A stretch of DNA of 64,000 bases, taken from a virus. Below the pieces are notes generated by a model. It did not search any database and was not told the DNA's origin. It saw only the letters and a list, made by a program, of their open reading frames with translations. This document shows, piece by piece, positions 47,275-56,069 of the stretch; the stretch's first letter is position 1, and each line of letters begins with the position of its first letter. The position numbers were made by a program, and so were the translations under genes. The stretch spans positions 1-64,000 of the IMG/VR virus record IMGVR_UViG_3300005830_000045; one strand, given 5' to 3'.

Positions 47275-49142
47275 TGGTCGGCAAACTTTCATCTGTTGAT
47301 CCTCTTGTCCGTGAAATGTATGAAGAAATAGACGCAAAATTTCTTCCATACATCAAATCTAGGGTGTCATCTCTTTCTGGTGTTGAATTCGATGACGCCG
47401 TACAAGAAGCAAGAGTAGCTTTGTTGACCGCGTTGCACGATTATGACTTCAATCGAGCAGGTGGTGATTATCTTCCATTCATGAAGATTGTCCTTCTGAA
47501 TACTTGTCGCGGTCTGTGGCTGAAAGAACGTAGGCGCTCAAAAACGCCTTGGGTCGCAAAACGTGATGGCGAGGATTGGGTTGAAGGCCCATCGAGACCA
47601 CTTAGCATCCAGCAGTCGAATGATTGCGATGGTCAACGTTTGCCTACTTATGATGCCTTGCCTGATGAAAACGCGATTGGCGGAGACCACATGATTTGCC
47701 ATGAGCATTCTTCTATGCGGGTTGAGGATTTCAAAGAGGTGCTTGAGCAGAATTTGAGCGAGTTTGAGCTGGAGGTGTATCGCTGTCGTGTGGATGCTCC
47801 CAAGGCTTTGATTGAGCAAGTAAAGGCGGATGATGGTGACGTCAACAACATAGGTGTTCTTGATATTGCTAAATTTCTTGGCGTTGGAAAGAACAAAGTA
47901 GATTGGGCGCTGTATAAGATAAAGTCTGCATTTACAGAAGTTGCTGAGAGAATACGCTTCAGCGATGTTTTTGGGGACTTGGTAAATAGCTCACAATGGC
48001 CCGTGGTCCACGTCAGCAAAGGATTTGAACGCAATAAAGAGTTTGTTCGGAGTATTATCAAGGACCGAAATTTAAGTGGTCTCGTCCTTGACGAGATTTC
48101 CGAGGAGTGTGAAAGCGGTGCGCGCACTATCATTTCCTATAAATGGGGCGTTGTCGTCTATATCGAGAGGGCAGAAACATGTTGGACGGCAGTCTTGGAA
48201 GGTTCATTCAATCCTCGCAGCGGTGATTTGTTTGGTTCTTGCGGAGCAAGGAAGTTGCTACCGATTGAGGGCTATGGGCAGTTGGCAAAAGATTTGGCAG
48301 ATGCAAGGAGAAAAGGGATGGCTTCTGTGAACGACGACAGTCAATATGATAGTTTGAAGGTTTTGCCGCATTGTATAAGCGAGTACGAGAAAGGAGATTT
48401 GGTTTGCGACGGGGATGAAAATGCAGAGTTTGATCCCTGTTGCGTCCACAGAGACAATTGTGTTGCTCTCCAATTGCGTATGAAGCAAAAGGGGATGAAA
48501 AAGGAGCAGTACGTTGTCGAGAAAACAGACTCAGCTGGCACACCATATTGTGCGCCGAAAAGCTTGATGAGTTTCGGCAAGATTGTTTCCGGCACGATTC
48601 GTAATTACGGTGTGCGCGACGGCAAGGCAACTCGCACCCCCAAGGCTAGGCCCAATAAAAACTCAAAGGCAGTTTCTCGACACAAGGAGTTGGTAGAAAA
48701 GGCCACTTCTGTTGTCGTGGCACGGTCAGAGGGTGCGACTATTATGGATCCTTGGTATGAAAGAGCTTTGGAAATTTTGTGCGAGAAAACCGGTAGAACG
48801 TTTTGTGCAGGCAACGATCCAAGCATAGGACAGTTTTATGCGAAAGACAGGCGTGCCAAAAGCGGATATGTTGGCGTGTATTGCAAGACGGAAAAGGGCA
48901 GGCATGTGGCGTTGTTTCTTCTCATGTACAAGCCTCGAACAACGACTATGGATTTCAAATGGCCTGTGTCTGTCGATGGATTCAAAGGCGTGGGAGAATC
49001 AACGATCAAATTGCTGTCTCCGGTCAAGCATAGTGATGGTGCTTTCGTTTCTATTTCAAAAGGTCTTGACGGGGCAGGAGTATCTCTTGCGGCTGAATCC
49101 CTTTCTCGCATGATTTCAAATGGCACAATAGTGCTTCCTTGA
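47271..49142 (+). CDS. Sigma70-family (SigH/ECF-like) sigma factor with ~400-aa C-terminal extension
   Basis: Region 2: DDAVQEARVALLTALHDYD..F..I..N; region 4: LSEFELEV..DIAKFLGV..NKVDWALYKIK. Confidence 0.72.
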   Translation: MMVGKLSSVDPLVREMYEEIDAKFLPYIKSRVSSLSGVEFDDAVQEARVALLTALHDYDFNRAGGDYLPFMKIVLLNTCRGLWLKERRRSKTPWVAKRDGEDWVEGPSRPLSIQQSNDCDGQRLPTYDALPDENAIGGDHMICHEHSSMRVEDFKEVLEQNLSEFELEVYRCRVDAPKALIEQVKADDGDVNNIGVLDIAKFLGVGKNKVDWALYKIKSAFTEVAERIRFSDVFGDLVNSSQWPVVHVSKGFERNKEFVRSIIKDRNLSGLVLDEISEECESGARTIISYKWGVVVYIERAETCWTAVLEGSFNPRSGDLFGSCGARKLLPIEGYGQLAKDLADARRKGMASVNDDSQYDSLKVLPHCISEYEKGDLVCDGDENAEFDPCCVHRDNCVALQLRMKQKGMKKEQYVVEKTDSAGTPYCAPKSLMSFGKIVSGTIRNYGVRDGKATRTPKARPNKNSKAVSRHKELVEKATSVVVARSEGATIMDPWYERALEILCEKTGRTFCAGNDPSIGQFYAKDRRAKSGYVGVYCKTEKGRHVALFLLMYKPRTTTMDFKWPVSVDGFKGVGESTIKLLSPVKHSDGAFVSISKGLDGAGVSLAAESLSRMISNGTIVLP

Positions 49143-49155
49143 TCATATAAATCTT

Positions 49156-49509
49156 TTGGAGGTTTTTTCGGTGCACGGTGACAGAGACTCATATCACGTG
49201 GCGGCACCGGGAAGAGATAGAGAGGGGTGTCTCGTCCATGCAATACAGGAGTACAGAAGAGTGAAGTTCGGTGACGATGTAATCTTGCGCCGGGGTGGCC
49301 ACCCTGACAAGCGCCCTGGTCAGTTCAGGGATGTGAGGGCCCGCTACATTGGCGCAAGGGGTCACGGGATCTACTGTGAGTTGCTGCAAGACGATCCAGA
49401 CGCTGTTGTCCAACCTAAGACAAAGGGGGGCAAAGGATGGTGGTCTCGCAGCATCATGAGGAGAGGTGATTCTGATCTTGATGGGCCGCCAGAGAAGAGT
49501 GATGAGTAA
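49156..49509 (+). CDS. Hypothetical protein
   Basis: 117-aa ORF filling the gap; start uncertain. Confidence 0.4.
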   Translation: MEVFSVHGDRDSYHVAAPGRDREGCLVHAIQEYRRVKFGDDVILRRGGHPDKRPGQFRDVRARYIGARGHGIYCELLQDDPDAVVQPKTKGGKGWWSRSIMRRGDSDLDGPPEKSDE

Positions 49510-50590
49510 ACCGAGACTCGAATGTGCTGACTGCGGACATCACATTTGGGATCGTAACATCAAAGAGTACCTGGAAGCCGTGAAGAGGAAGCGGGATGAA
49601 GAATTTATGGAAAGAGTAGTGATAATTGGCGGAGGTGTGTCTGGTCTCCTTGCGTCGTATGTTGTGAAACGCTATGGAAGAAGGGTGAAAGTCATAGAGG
49701 AAGCAAAGCCAGGTGGCGACTTTCTTTTGGGAGGTTTGAAGTATATACACAGAACGGTCAGAATGGAAGGTTTATTCAATGAACTTTCACTTCCATGGAG
49801 CCATTATAGGGTCAATGGCGGAATAATGCTGAAGGGGAAAGTTGAACCATATCCGAAATGTCTTCAGTTTATGAGTAAAGAAGAAGCAATGAGGATACAA
49901 GAAGATCATTACAGAAAAACGAGAAAGTCAGAGCCTGGAAAGTTTGGATCAAAGGCCATGAATGATCCGGCAGCGAAAGTTTCTAGGCGGGCAATTCGTT
50001 GTGACTTTGAAGAAATGATTAAAGAATTGGCGAAAAGAGCAGACATAGTCAAAGCTCGTGTTTCTTTTATTGAGTCAAAAAGAAATAGGGTGAAAACATT
50101 TGATGGTGAGTTTATCTATTATGACCGTTTGATCGTAACTATTCCTCTTTGGATTGTTCATCATATTGCTGACTTTTATGTTCCGCAAGGGATGGCGATG
50201 TCTCTGAACATTTTGGATGTTATTCCAAATAGAGATAGATATGCTCGATGGGATTACATTTACACCCCTTACACTCCGTCAAGCGCGGTTCATCGTTTGA
50301 GCCCAAGTGATCATGGATATAGCATCGAGATCAATGGTGATTGGGCCCAACAAGAAAGAGCTACGTGTAACGATTTGGCCTTTCTTTTCCCTGACGGGTT
50401 TGTCGTTCGTGGTGCTAAGATTGGCACAAAGGGGCATTTGCTTGAGCTCGTGGTAAAGCCTGATTGGCCTGAAAATGTTACGCCTTTGGGCCGTTTCGCG
50501 CAATGGGATCCACGAGCAACAACTGATGTCACTTTGGACAATATTCATAAGATGGCAAAGGGCTGGGGATGGAAAAAGATTCCTTATTGA
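49502..50590 (+). CDS. FAD-dependent oxidoreductase (UDP-galactopyranose-mutase/amine-oxidase-like fold); start 49502 or 49607
   Basis: VVIIGGGVSGL..E..PGG..G.KYIH, YDRLIVTIPL, LGRFAQW. Confidence 0.8.
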   Translation: MSKPRLECADCGHHIWDRNIKEYLEAVKRKRDEEFMERVVIIGGGVSGLLASYVVKRYGRRVKVIEEAKPGGDFLLGGLKYIHRTVRMEGLFNELSLPWSHYRVNGGIMLKGKVEPYPKCLQFMSKEEAMRIQEDHYRKTRKSEPGKFGSKAMNDPAAKVSRRAIRCDFEEMIKELAKRADIVKARVSFIESKRNRVKTFDGEFIYYDRLIVTIPLWIVHHIADFYVPQGMAMSLNILDVIPNRDRYARWDYIYTPYTPSSAVHRLSPSDHGYSIEINGDWAQQERATCNDLAFLFPDGFVVRGAKIGTKGHLLELVVKPDWPENVTPLGRFAQWDPRATTDVTLDNIHKMAKGWGWKKIPY

Positions 50591-51495
50591 GAATGTGGGA
50601 GATTCAAAAGCAACAACAAGCTGATCTTGGTCTTGATCCTCGTTACATGAACGGCGTGAATAAACGTGTTGCCGCTGGTGAGTTGATACAGGGGCTGTAC
50701 GAGGAGTTGTCAGAGCTTCAACGGTATGCCTCGACATATAAGAGGCACATTCTGTCGGTTGAAGGCGTCAACAAAGGGAATGTCACGGAAGAAATCGTTG
50801 ACGTGTTAAAACTTCTCATTTCGGTGGCCCAGCTCCATGGCATTTCTCCGGTTGATCTTGTGAGCGCTTTTGAGAGAAAGACACGAGTGATAGCAGCTAA
50901 GGCAGAGGGGCAACGGGTTGAGTTGTGTGTAAACACGAAAGTCCTCTGCGTGGATATGGATGATGTCATCGCTGATCTTTCCCCTTGGGTGAAGGAGCAA
51001 CAGGAACTAAGAGGTGATGCCCCGATGAATGCCAAGACTATGCAGTTGGTGGAAGCGTGGAAAGGTGATTGGTATCGTTTAGGACGTTTTTTGGAATTGA
51101 GGCCGATTGAAGGCGCATCTACAGCGCTTGGCGTTGTGAAAAGTTGGGGGTGGAAAGTTATCATTATCACGGCAAGACCGCAATGGCAATACAAGCGTAT
51201 TTACGCAGACACTCTTGAGTGGCTTCGGGCGCACGAAGTTCCGCATGATTTGATACTTTTCAATAAGGACAAAGTTGAAGCTATATATGATCACATATCT
51301 CCTGCTTGGCCGGTTGCTTTTGTTGAAGATCAGGAAAGAAACGCTGTTCAACTCAGCGCGGCTGGAGTAAAGGTGTTATTATTCGATACGGAACGCAATC
51401 AAGATTTCGTGTTGCCAAACGGCGTGCAAAGGGTTGCGAACTGGACAGAAGTTCTTTTAGCTTTGGAAAAAAGAAAGAAAGGGGGGCGCCGATGA
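50569..51495 (+). CDS. All-alpha NTP pyrophosphatase (dUTPase/MazG-like) fused to HAD 5'-nucleotidase
   Basis: EELSEL..EEIVDV..AFERK; VDMDDVIAD, ITAR, T.EWL, K, FVED. Confidence 0.82.
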   Translation: MEKDSLLRMWEIQKQQQADLGLDPRYMNGVNKRVAAGELIQGLYEELSELQRYASTYKRHILSVEGVNKGNVTEEIVDVLKLLISVAQLHGISPVDLVSAFERKTRVIAAKAEGQRVELCVNTKVLCVDMDDVIADLSPWVKEQQELRGDAPMNAKTMQLVEAWKGDWYRLGRFLELRPIEGASTALGVVKSWGWKVIIITARPQWQYKRIYADTLEWLRAHEVPHDLILFNKDKVEAIYDHISPAWPVAFVEDQERNAVQLSAAGVKVLLFDTERNQDFVLPNGVQRVANWTEVLLALEKRKKGGRR

Positions 51496-52448
51496 ATGAA
51501 AAGCCCAAAGTCACCTTGCTTACTTGGACCATGAATCCTTTGGAAACGGTTTACTCTGTTTGGCAAGCCTCGAAAAGCGAGGATGAGCTGGTTACGCCTT
51601 TCAATGTGAAAACATCAGTCTCGCAGGAAGAAGTTGAAAGACTTTTCAGGGCTGTAATTGCCCAGCGTATTCCGATTGGGGAGCATGTTGATTTCGTTTT
51701 CATGCTTGAAAACGTCAGTGTGAGTTGGCGCGAACAAGCTGTGCGACACAGGATTGGAACGCTTCCAAGCCCAGAGCGTGTCGGCGTGGACATTGTCATG
51801 GATCAAATTCCAGATTTGCCGGACAGTTCATTTTGGTCGCAGTCGATGAGAATACAAAATATGAGCAACTTCGCCAGAAAAGGCGCTTACAGGTTGCCTG
51901 AGACAGTTATAGAGGCAGGGCCTGAAATGGTTTCTCTTTATAAAGAAACTATGAGGTTGATCGAGAGGACATATGCGGTTTTGGTTGAAGAAGGTGTTCC
52001 TATGGAGGATGCCCGTGAACTTATTCCTCTTGGCGCCCAACACAGAATTAGTTGGCGGCTCAATATAGGTTCCCTGCAACATATCGTTGGGAAGCGAGGG
52101 TGTTGGATTCTCCAGCTTGGAATTTGGGGGCCTGTGATTACGGGGATGGTCAACGAATTGGCGACAAAGGTCCATCCGGTTTTCAGAGAATTGGTTGCGC
52201 CTCCTTGTTTGAAAGGCGATGAGTTTATGGGGTGTATTTACCATGAGGAGTGTCGCAGGCGTTATACTGGTGATGATGCGCTTCCGCCTTGCCCGCTTCA
52301 TCTTACCTATCATGAATTGCCTGCCAAGGGGTTGGAATACGTTGAAGCACAATTCTTATATCCTCGTATGGAAGAAATGGAGGAACGAGCGGAGCAGTAT
52401 CGCGTTTTTTGGGGCAGAGATCCGTATACAGGAGAAAGGTTGTGTTAG
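51492..52448 (+). CDS. thyX: Divergent flavin-dependent thymidylate synthase-like protein
   Basis: EH..F.F..VS...Q.VRHR, SQSMR, GVPMEDARELIP, N..SL....R. Confidence 0.8.
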   Translation: MNEKPKVTLLTWTMNPLETVYSVWQASKSEDELVTPFNVKTSVSQEEVERLFRAVIAQRIPIGEHVDFVFMLENVSVSWREQAVRHRIGTLPSPERVGVDIVMDQIPDLPDSSFWSQSMRIQNMSNFARKGAYRLPETVIEAGPEMVSLYKETMRLIERTYAVLVEEGVPMEDARELIPLGAQHRISWRLNIGSLQHIVGKRGCWILQLGIWGPVITGMVNELATKVHPVFRELVAPPCLKGDEFMGCIYHEECRRRYTGDDALPPCPLHLTYHELPAKGLEYVEAQFLYPRMEEMEERAEQYRVFWGRDPYTGERLC

Positions 52449-52655
52449 ATGGGACGAAAGATTCATTGGTCTGGCGGGGTGATGTTGTCTATGGTTAGGA
52501 TGCTTCGTGGGTATCCTTGTTGCTGTTCTGGAGACAAGGCGCTCAAAATCAGGTCTTTTGGGAACCAAACAGAAAAACGTGAAGACGTAACATGCAAGGA
52601 TTGCTTAGGCATTCTAAAAAGGCAGGATAAGTACCATGAAGATCACAACTGTTGA
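52449..52655 (+). CDS. Small Cys/His-rich protein
   Basis: H..PCCC..VTCKDC; tightly packed with its neighbours. Confidence 0.5.
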   Translation: MGRKIHWSGGVMLSMVRMLRGYPCCCSGDKALKIRSFGNQTEKREDVTCKDCLGILKRQDKYHEDHNC

Positions 52656-53388
52656 TTTGGGAGGAATATGCGTGGCGAAAGTTGTTGATAGTCGCACAGG
52701 AGAATTTGATCGTGCTCGTATTAGAGATAATGCTCCGCATTCGCATTATGCTCTTGATCGTGAGGATATTCACATTGAGCTTGCTGCCTTTGAAAAGGTT
52801 TGCAGGAGAATAGGAGAGCGTAGTGATTGGACCGTATTCGAGCCATTTGGTGGTTCTGGTTGGCATTCTTCTTTGATCAGGCGTTTGGTTGGTCCAAGAA
52901 AGCAATTTGTGGTTGATATTTCAAAGGATTGCATTCGTTCTGTTTGTGCTGGTTTGAAAGGCAATCGTGGTGTGATTGCTATTTGCGGAGATGGCTGTGA
53001 TTACCTAAGGCATTCCAAGTGGAAATTCAATTGGATTCACGCTGATTTCAATATTTGGACGGCTGAAGACATGAGTCTTGACCCTGAGTTGCGTGGCACT
53101 TGGAATGCTCTCTTTGAAATGGCAACGGATTGTATTACTTTCACGGACACTACGCATTATCACCTGGCTAATAGTCCTGTTGTGTATTGGTATGATGAAG
53201 TTGATCGTTGGATCAAGGTCACGAAGGGTTGGAAAGTTGATTTCGTGTTCGATTGGGGGCCAGCGGCCATGCATGTGCTTTCTCCTTTGAAGGAGAAAGA
53301 AAAAGAGGTTTTCGCAAAACCGCTCATAGTACAGGTCAGGGAACCTATGAAGGTAACAGTTTTGAGAGAGGAGAGCAGTGATGAGTAA
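52636..53388 (+). CDS. Class I SAM-dependent methyltransferase-like protein
   Basis: VFEPFGGSG, VVDIS, CGDG, IHADFN. Confidence 0.7.
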   Translation: MKITTVDLGGICVAKVVDSRTGEFDRARIRDNAPHSHYALDREDIHIELAAFEKVCRRIGERSDWTVFEPFGGSGWHSSLIRRLVGPRKQFVVDISKDCIRSVCAGLKGNRGVIAICGDGCDYLRHSKWKFNWIHADFNIWTAEDMSLDPELRGTWNALFEMATDCITFTDTTHYHLANSPVVYWYDEVDRWIKVTKGWKVDFVFDWGPAAMHVLSPLKEKEKEVFAKPLIVQVREPMKVTVLREESSDE

Positions 53389-54739
53389 TCAGAATGAAGA
53401 CACGACCATTGACACTATGGTATTCAACAAGCGTTTGATGAATAACATTGTCAGACTTCCTTTTGAAGTTGAAACAGCTCGTGGTTCTGCTATTCGTACT
53501 GTTCAGGGGCACGTTTTGTTGGATTTCTGGGGCGATGAAGGCGTATGTAGTCTTGGATACAACACAGAAGAATACAGAAGGATAGTGGATAATTTTCACA
53601 GCAGTGGACAACCGCATCAGTTGCCAGATGTTTATCCCCAGACCTCCAGATTCAACGCAGCAGAGAAGATTTGCCAGATGACAGATATGGACCGCATCTT
53701 TTTCGCAAATAGCGGTACAGAAGCGAATGAAGCAGCCATCAAAATTGCAAGAAAATTTTGGTGGGATAAGTATAGCAATATATATAGAGAAGGAAGAATA
53801 AAGTCAAATAAAGCGTACGCACGGCGGCATATAGTTCTCACAATTGCCGGAAACTTTCATGGCAGAACTGGGCTAAGCAGCGCGGCAAGCGACCCAAGGG
53901 TCAGTCCGTATCACCATTGGGGGTTTGGCCCGAAGCCAAAAGGTTTTGGCGTTATCGACGATAAGACTTTCCTTCAAGTCGTTACAGACGGCGATGTCCA
54001 TGAAGATTATCCGATTGAACCTGATTGGTCCAACGTTGCTGCTGTGATTCTTGCTCCGGTTTTGGGAAACAATTTGGTAAAGACATATTCTAAAAGCTTT
54101 TGGGAGGAACTTGGAGCTTTGAGGAAGAAGCACGGATTTCTTATTATCCACGATGACGTTCAAGCCGGAAGCGGAAGAGCAGGTTGGCCAGCAACGTATC
54201 AAGGGATTTCTGTCTTTGATTCGAGGTTTGAAAGCTTGGTCAAACCAGACATATTGTGTCTCGGGAAAGGCATGGCTCTTGGCTATCCAATGAGCGCGAT
54301 GCTTGCCTCTGAAGAAGTTGCTTCCGCTTTTACTCCCGGTGTCCACTTCAACACTTTTGGAGGCAGCCCTTTCGTTTGTTATCTTGCCGAGCAATATTAT
54401 AGTTGGCTTGAATTGGAACTTCCGAAAGTCAGAGATTTGGGCGAGGCAATTCGTTTGCGTTTCTCTGAAATGGCCTGGATCAAGGAGCATGACGGGTCTG
54501 GTTTGCTCAACGCTTTCACGCCTAATTTCGGGAAGTATGGATATGATGGTTTTGAGTTTTGTCACAAGGCTCGTGATTTCGGCATTAGCATTGTGACCCA
54601 TCGACGATATGGGCCAATTCGATTCACGCCTCCAATGAACGTTGCTCCTGATGAGATTGCTACCGCCTTTATTGCGTTGGAAAGAACACACAAGTTTTTG
54701 ACAAAAGAACACAGAAGCTTTAGGTTGGAGGATGAATAG
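53378..54739 (+). CDS. Class III PLP-dependent aminotransferase (ArgD/ornithine AT-like)
   Basis: FFANSGTEANEAAIKIAR, FHGRT, DDVQAG.GR.G, PDILCLGKG, HFNTFGGSP. Confidence 0.92.
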   Translation: MMSNQNEDTTIDTMVFNKRLMNNIVRLPFEVETARGSAIRTVQGHVLLDFWGDEGVCSLGYNTEEYRRIVDNFHSSGQPHQLPDVYPQTSRFNAAEKICQMTDMDRIFFANSGTEANEAAIKIARKFWWDKYSNIYREGRIKSNKAYARRHIVLTIAGNFHGRTGLSSAASDPRVSPYHHWGFGPKPKGFGVIDDKTFLQVVTDGDVHEDYPIEPDWSNVAAVILAPVLGNNLVKTYSKSFWEELGALRKKHGFLIIHDDVQAGSGRAGWPATYQGISVFDSRFESLVKPDILCLGKGMALGYPMSAMLASEEVASAFTPGVHFNTFGGSPFVCYLAEQYYSWLELELPKVRDLGEAIRLRFSEMAWIKEHDGSGLLNAFTPNFGKYGYDGFEFCHKARDFGISIVTHRRYGPIRFTPPMNVAPDEIATAFIALERTHKFLTKEHRSFRLEDE

Positions 54740-55319
54740 CGTAGTGATACTGGACGGGTTGAATGCAAGCGGAAAGACATTCTGCGCGGAAACGCTTTCT
54801 GAATTGCTTCCAGCCCCAATAATACGTCCATTTAGAGAAAACAATGAGCATCTTGGAAGAGAAGATAAAGGCGCTCAAGAAAACCTACACAAACTTGGCA
54901 TCCCGGCCAATACGTTTGTCGATGATGCTTATACGTCTGACTTTTTGGTTCAAACAGGAGTAAGCGCTGTTTTGGACCGTTCTATGGGTTCTGGCATTGC
55001 CTATGGCCTTCTGTACGGAAACATTGCGAATATGAAGCACGCCAGAGAATTGTTGTCGCTTTGGCAAGAGAGCATCACGAGGTATAACGGAAACATTTTG
55101 TATGTGTATATGATTGCTCGGAAAGAAGTCAGGAAGAAAAGGTGTAAAGCTGAAGGAAGATGGCACCCTAACGCTTCACAGGACAAACTGCTTTATAAAG
55201 TCTTTGATCTTGTTTTTAGGTGTATTGAATTTGAAAAGATATTGGTTGATTCTTCCGATATAGCCCAGGAATGCATTGGTCCGGTTGTTGCGAAGAAGAT
55301 AATCAAAAGACTGAGGTGA
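54732..55319 (+). CDS. Nucleoside monophosphate kinase (thymidylate-kinase-like)
   Basis: VILDGLNASGKT, VLDRS..S..AY. Confidence 0.78.
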   Translation: MNSVVILDGLNASGKTFCAETLSELLPAPIIRPFRENNEHLGREDKGAQENLHKLGIPANTFVDDAYTSDFLVQTGVSAVLDRSMGSGIAYGLLYGNIANMKHARELLSLWQESITRYNGNILYVYMIARKEVRKKRCKAEGRWHPNASQDKLLYKVFDLVFRCIEFEKILVDSSDIAQECIGPVVAKKIIKRLR

Positions 55320-55322
55320 TTC

Positions 55323-55685
55323 ATGTTTAAGTCGTTAGAAGAAATGAGAGAGCAACTTCGCAGAGGGATTGCAACCAGGTGTTCAAAAGTGGTGGATTCA
55401 AGGGAAGATTCAAGCTCTGGAAGCGAGACAATAGCTGGGCAGATGTCTCTGGTTGGTGATCCAGTTGCAGACTTTGAAAACGCAGACACGCGCTTGTATC
55501 TTGATGAGGAAGAAGAAGAAAAGGAGAAAGGTCCATGGAGCGGTACGCTTCCTGCTGTTGTGAAGCACGTTGAGGAGAAGTATGGGCCAATAAAGGGCAG
55601 ACACGTTGATATTATTGTTGTTGATGATATCATTGTCGATAAAGAAGATATCAGAGCGAGGGGGAAGAATAGTGGGAAAAGCTGA
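55323..55685 (+). CDS. Hypothetical protein
   Basis: GAGGTG SD and ATG; 120 aa. Confidence 0.5.
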   Translation: MFKSLEEMREQLRRGIATRCSKVVDSREDSSSGSETIAGQMSLVGDPVADFENADTRLYLDEEEEEKEKGPWSGTLPAVVKHVEEKYGPIKGRHVDIIVVDDIIVDKEDIRARGKNSGKS

Positions 55686-56034
55686 TGTGGATGAATGGTT
55701 TGAAGCAGACCTTGAAATACGTGAAGCGATTGATATTCGCGGTGGAAAGTATCCAGGGATTTCTCTTTCTCCAACCTTTGAGTTGAAAGGGCCATTGCCT
55801 CTGCGAGCCAAAAGTAGATTTCGCCATACTAAGTATTTGATCTTGGAAGATAAATCAGATGCACTTTTGAGTTTTGGCAAGCATTCCGGTAAATTTGTTT
55901 CTGCGGTTGCTTCGATTGAGCCTGATTATCTTAGATGGATTTTGAAAGAGGAGTTTTCTGCCGATTTGAAAGAAGTTGTCGATAATGTTTTGAATGGAAC
56001 CAAGCCTGTTGACATGAAGTTTCGTGGAAAGTAA
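55672..56034 (+). CDS. Protein with FGKH/YxG (DUF3820 / ExoX C-terminal-like) motif
   Basis: LSFGKHSGK.V..V....PDYLRWIL; GTG 55672 is the probable start. Confidence 0.65.
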   Translation: MGKADVDEWFEADLEIREAIDIRGGKYPGISLSPTFELKGPLPLRAKSRFRHTKYLILEDKSDALLSFGKHSGKFVSAVASIEPDYLRWILKEEFSADLKEVVDNVLNGTKPVDMKFRGK

Positions 56035-56069
56035 ATCCTCCCTAGTCTTTCGCAAGAAAGTAGGCGTTC

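Noticed and set aside
53873-54844. 323-aa minus-strand ORF
   Set aside because: Opposite a clearly conserved aminotransferase; no motifs.
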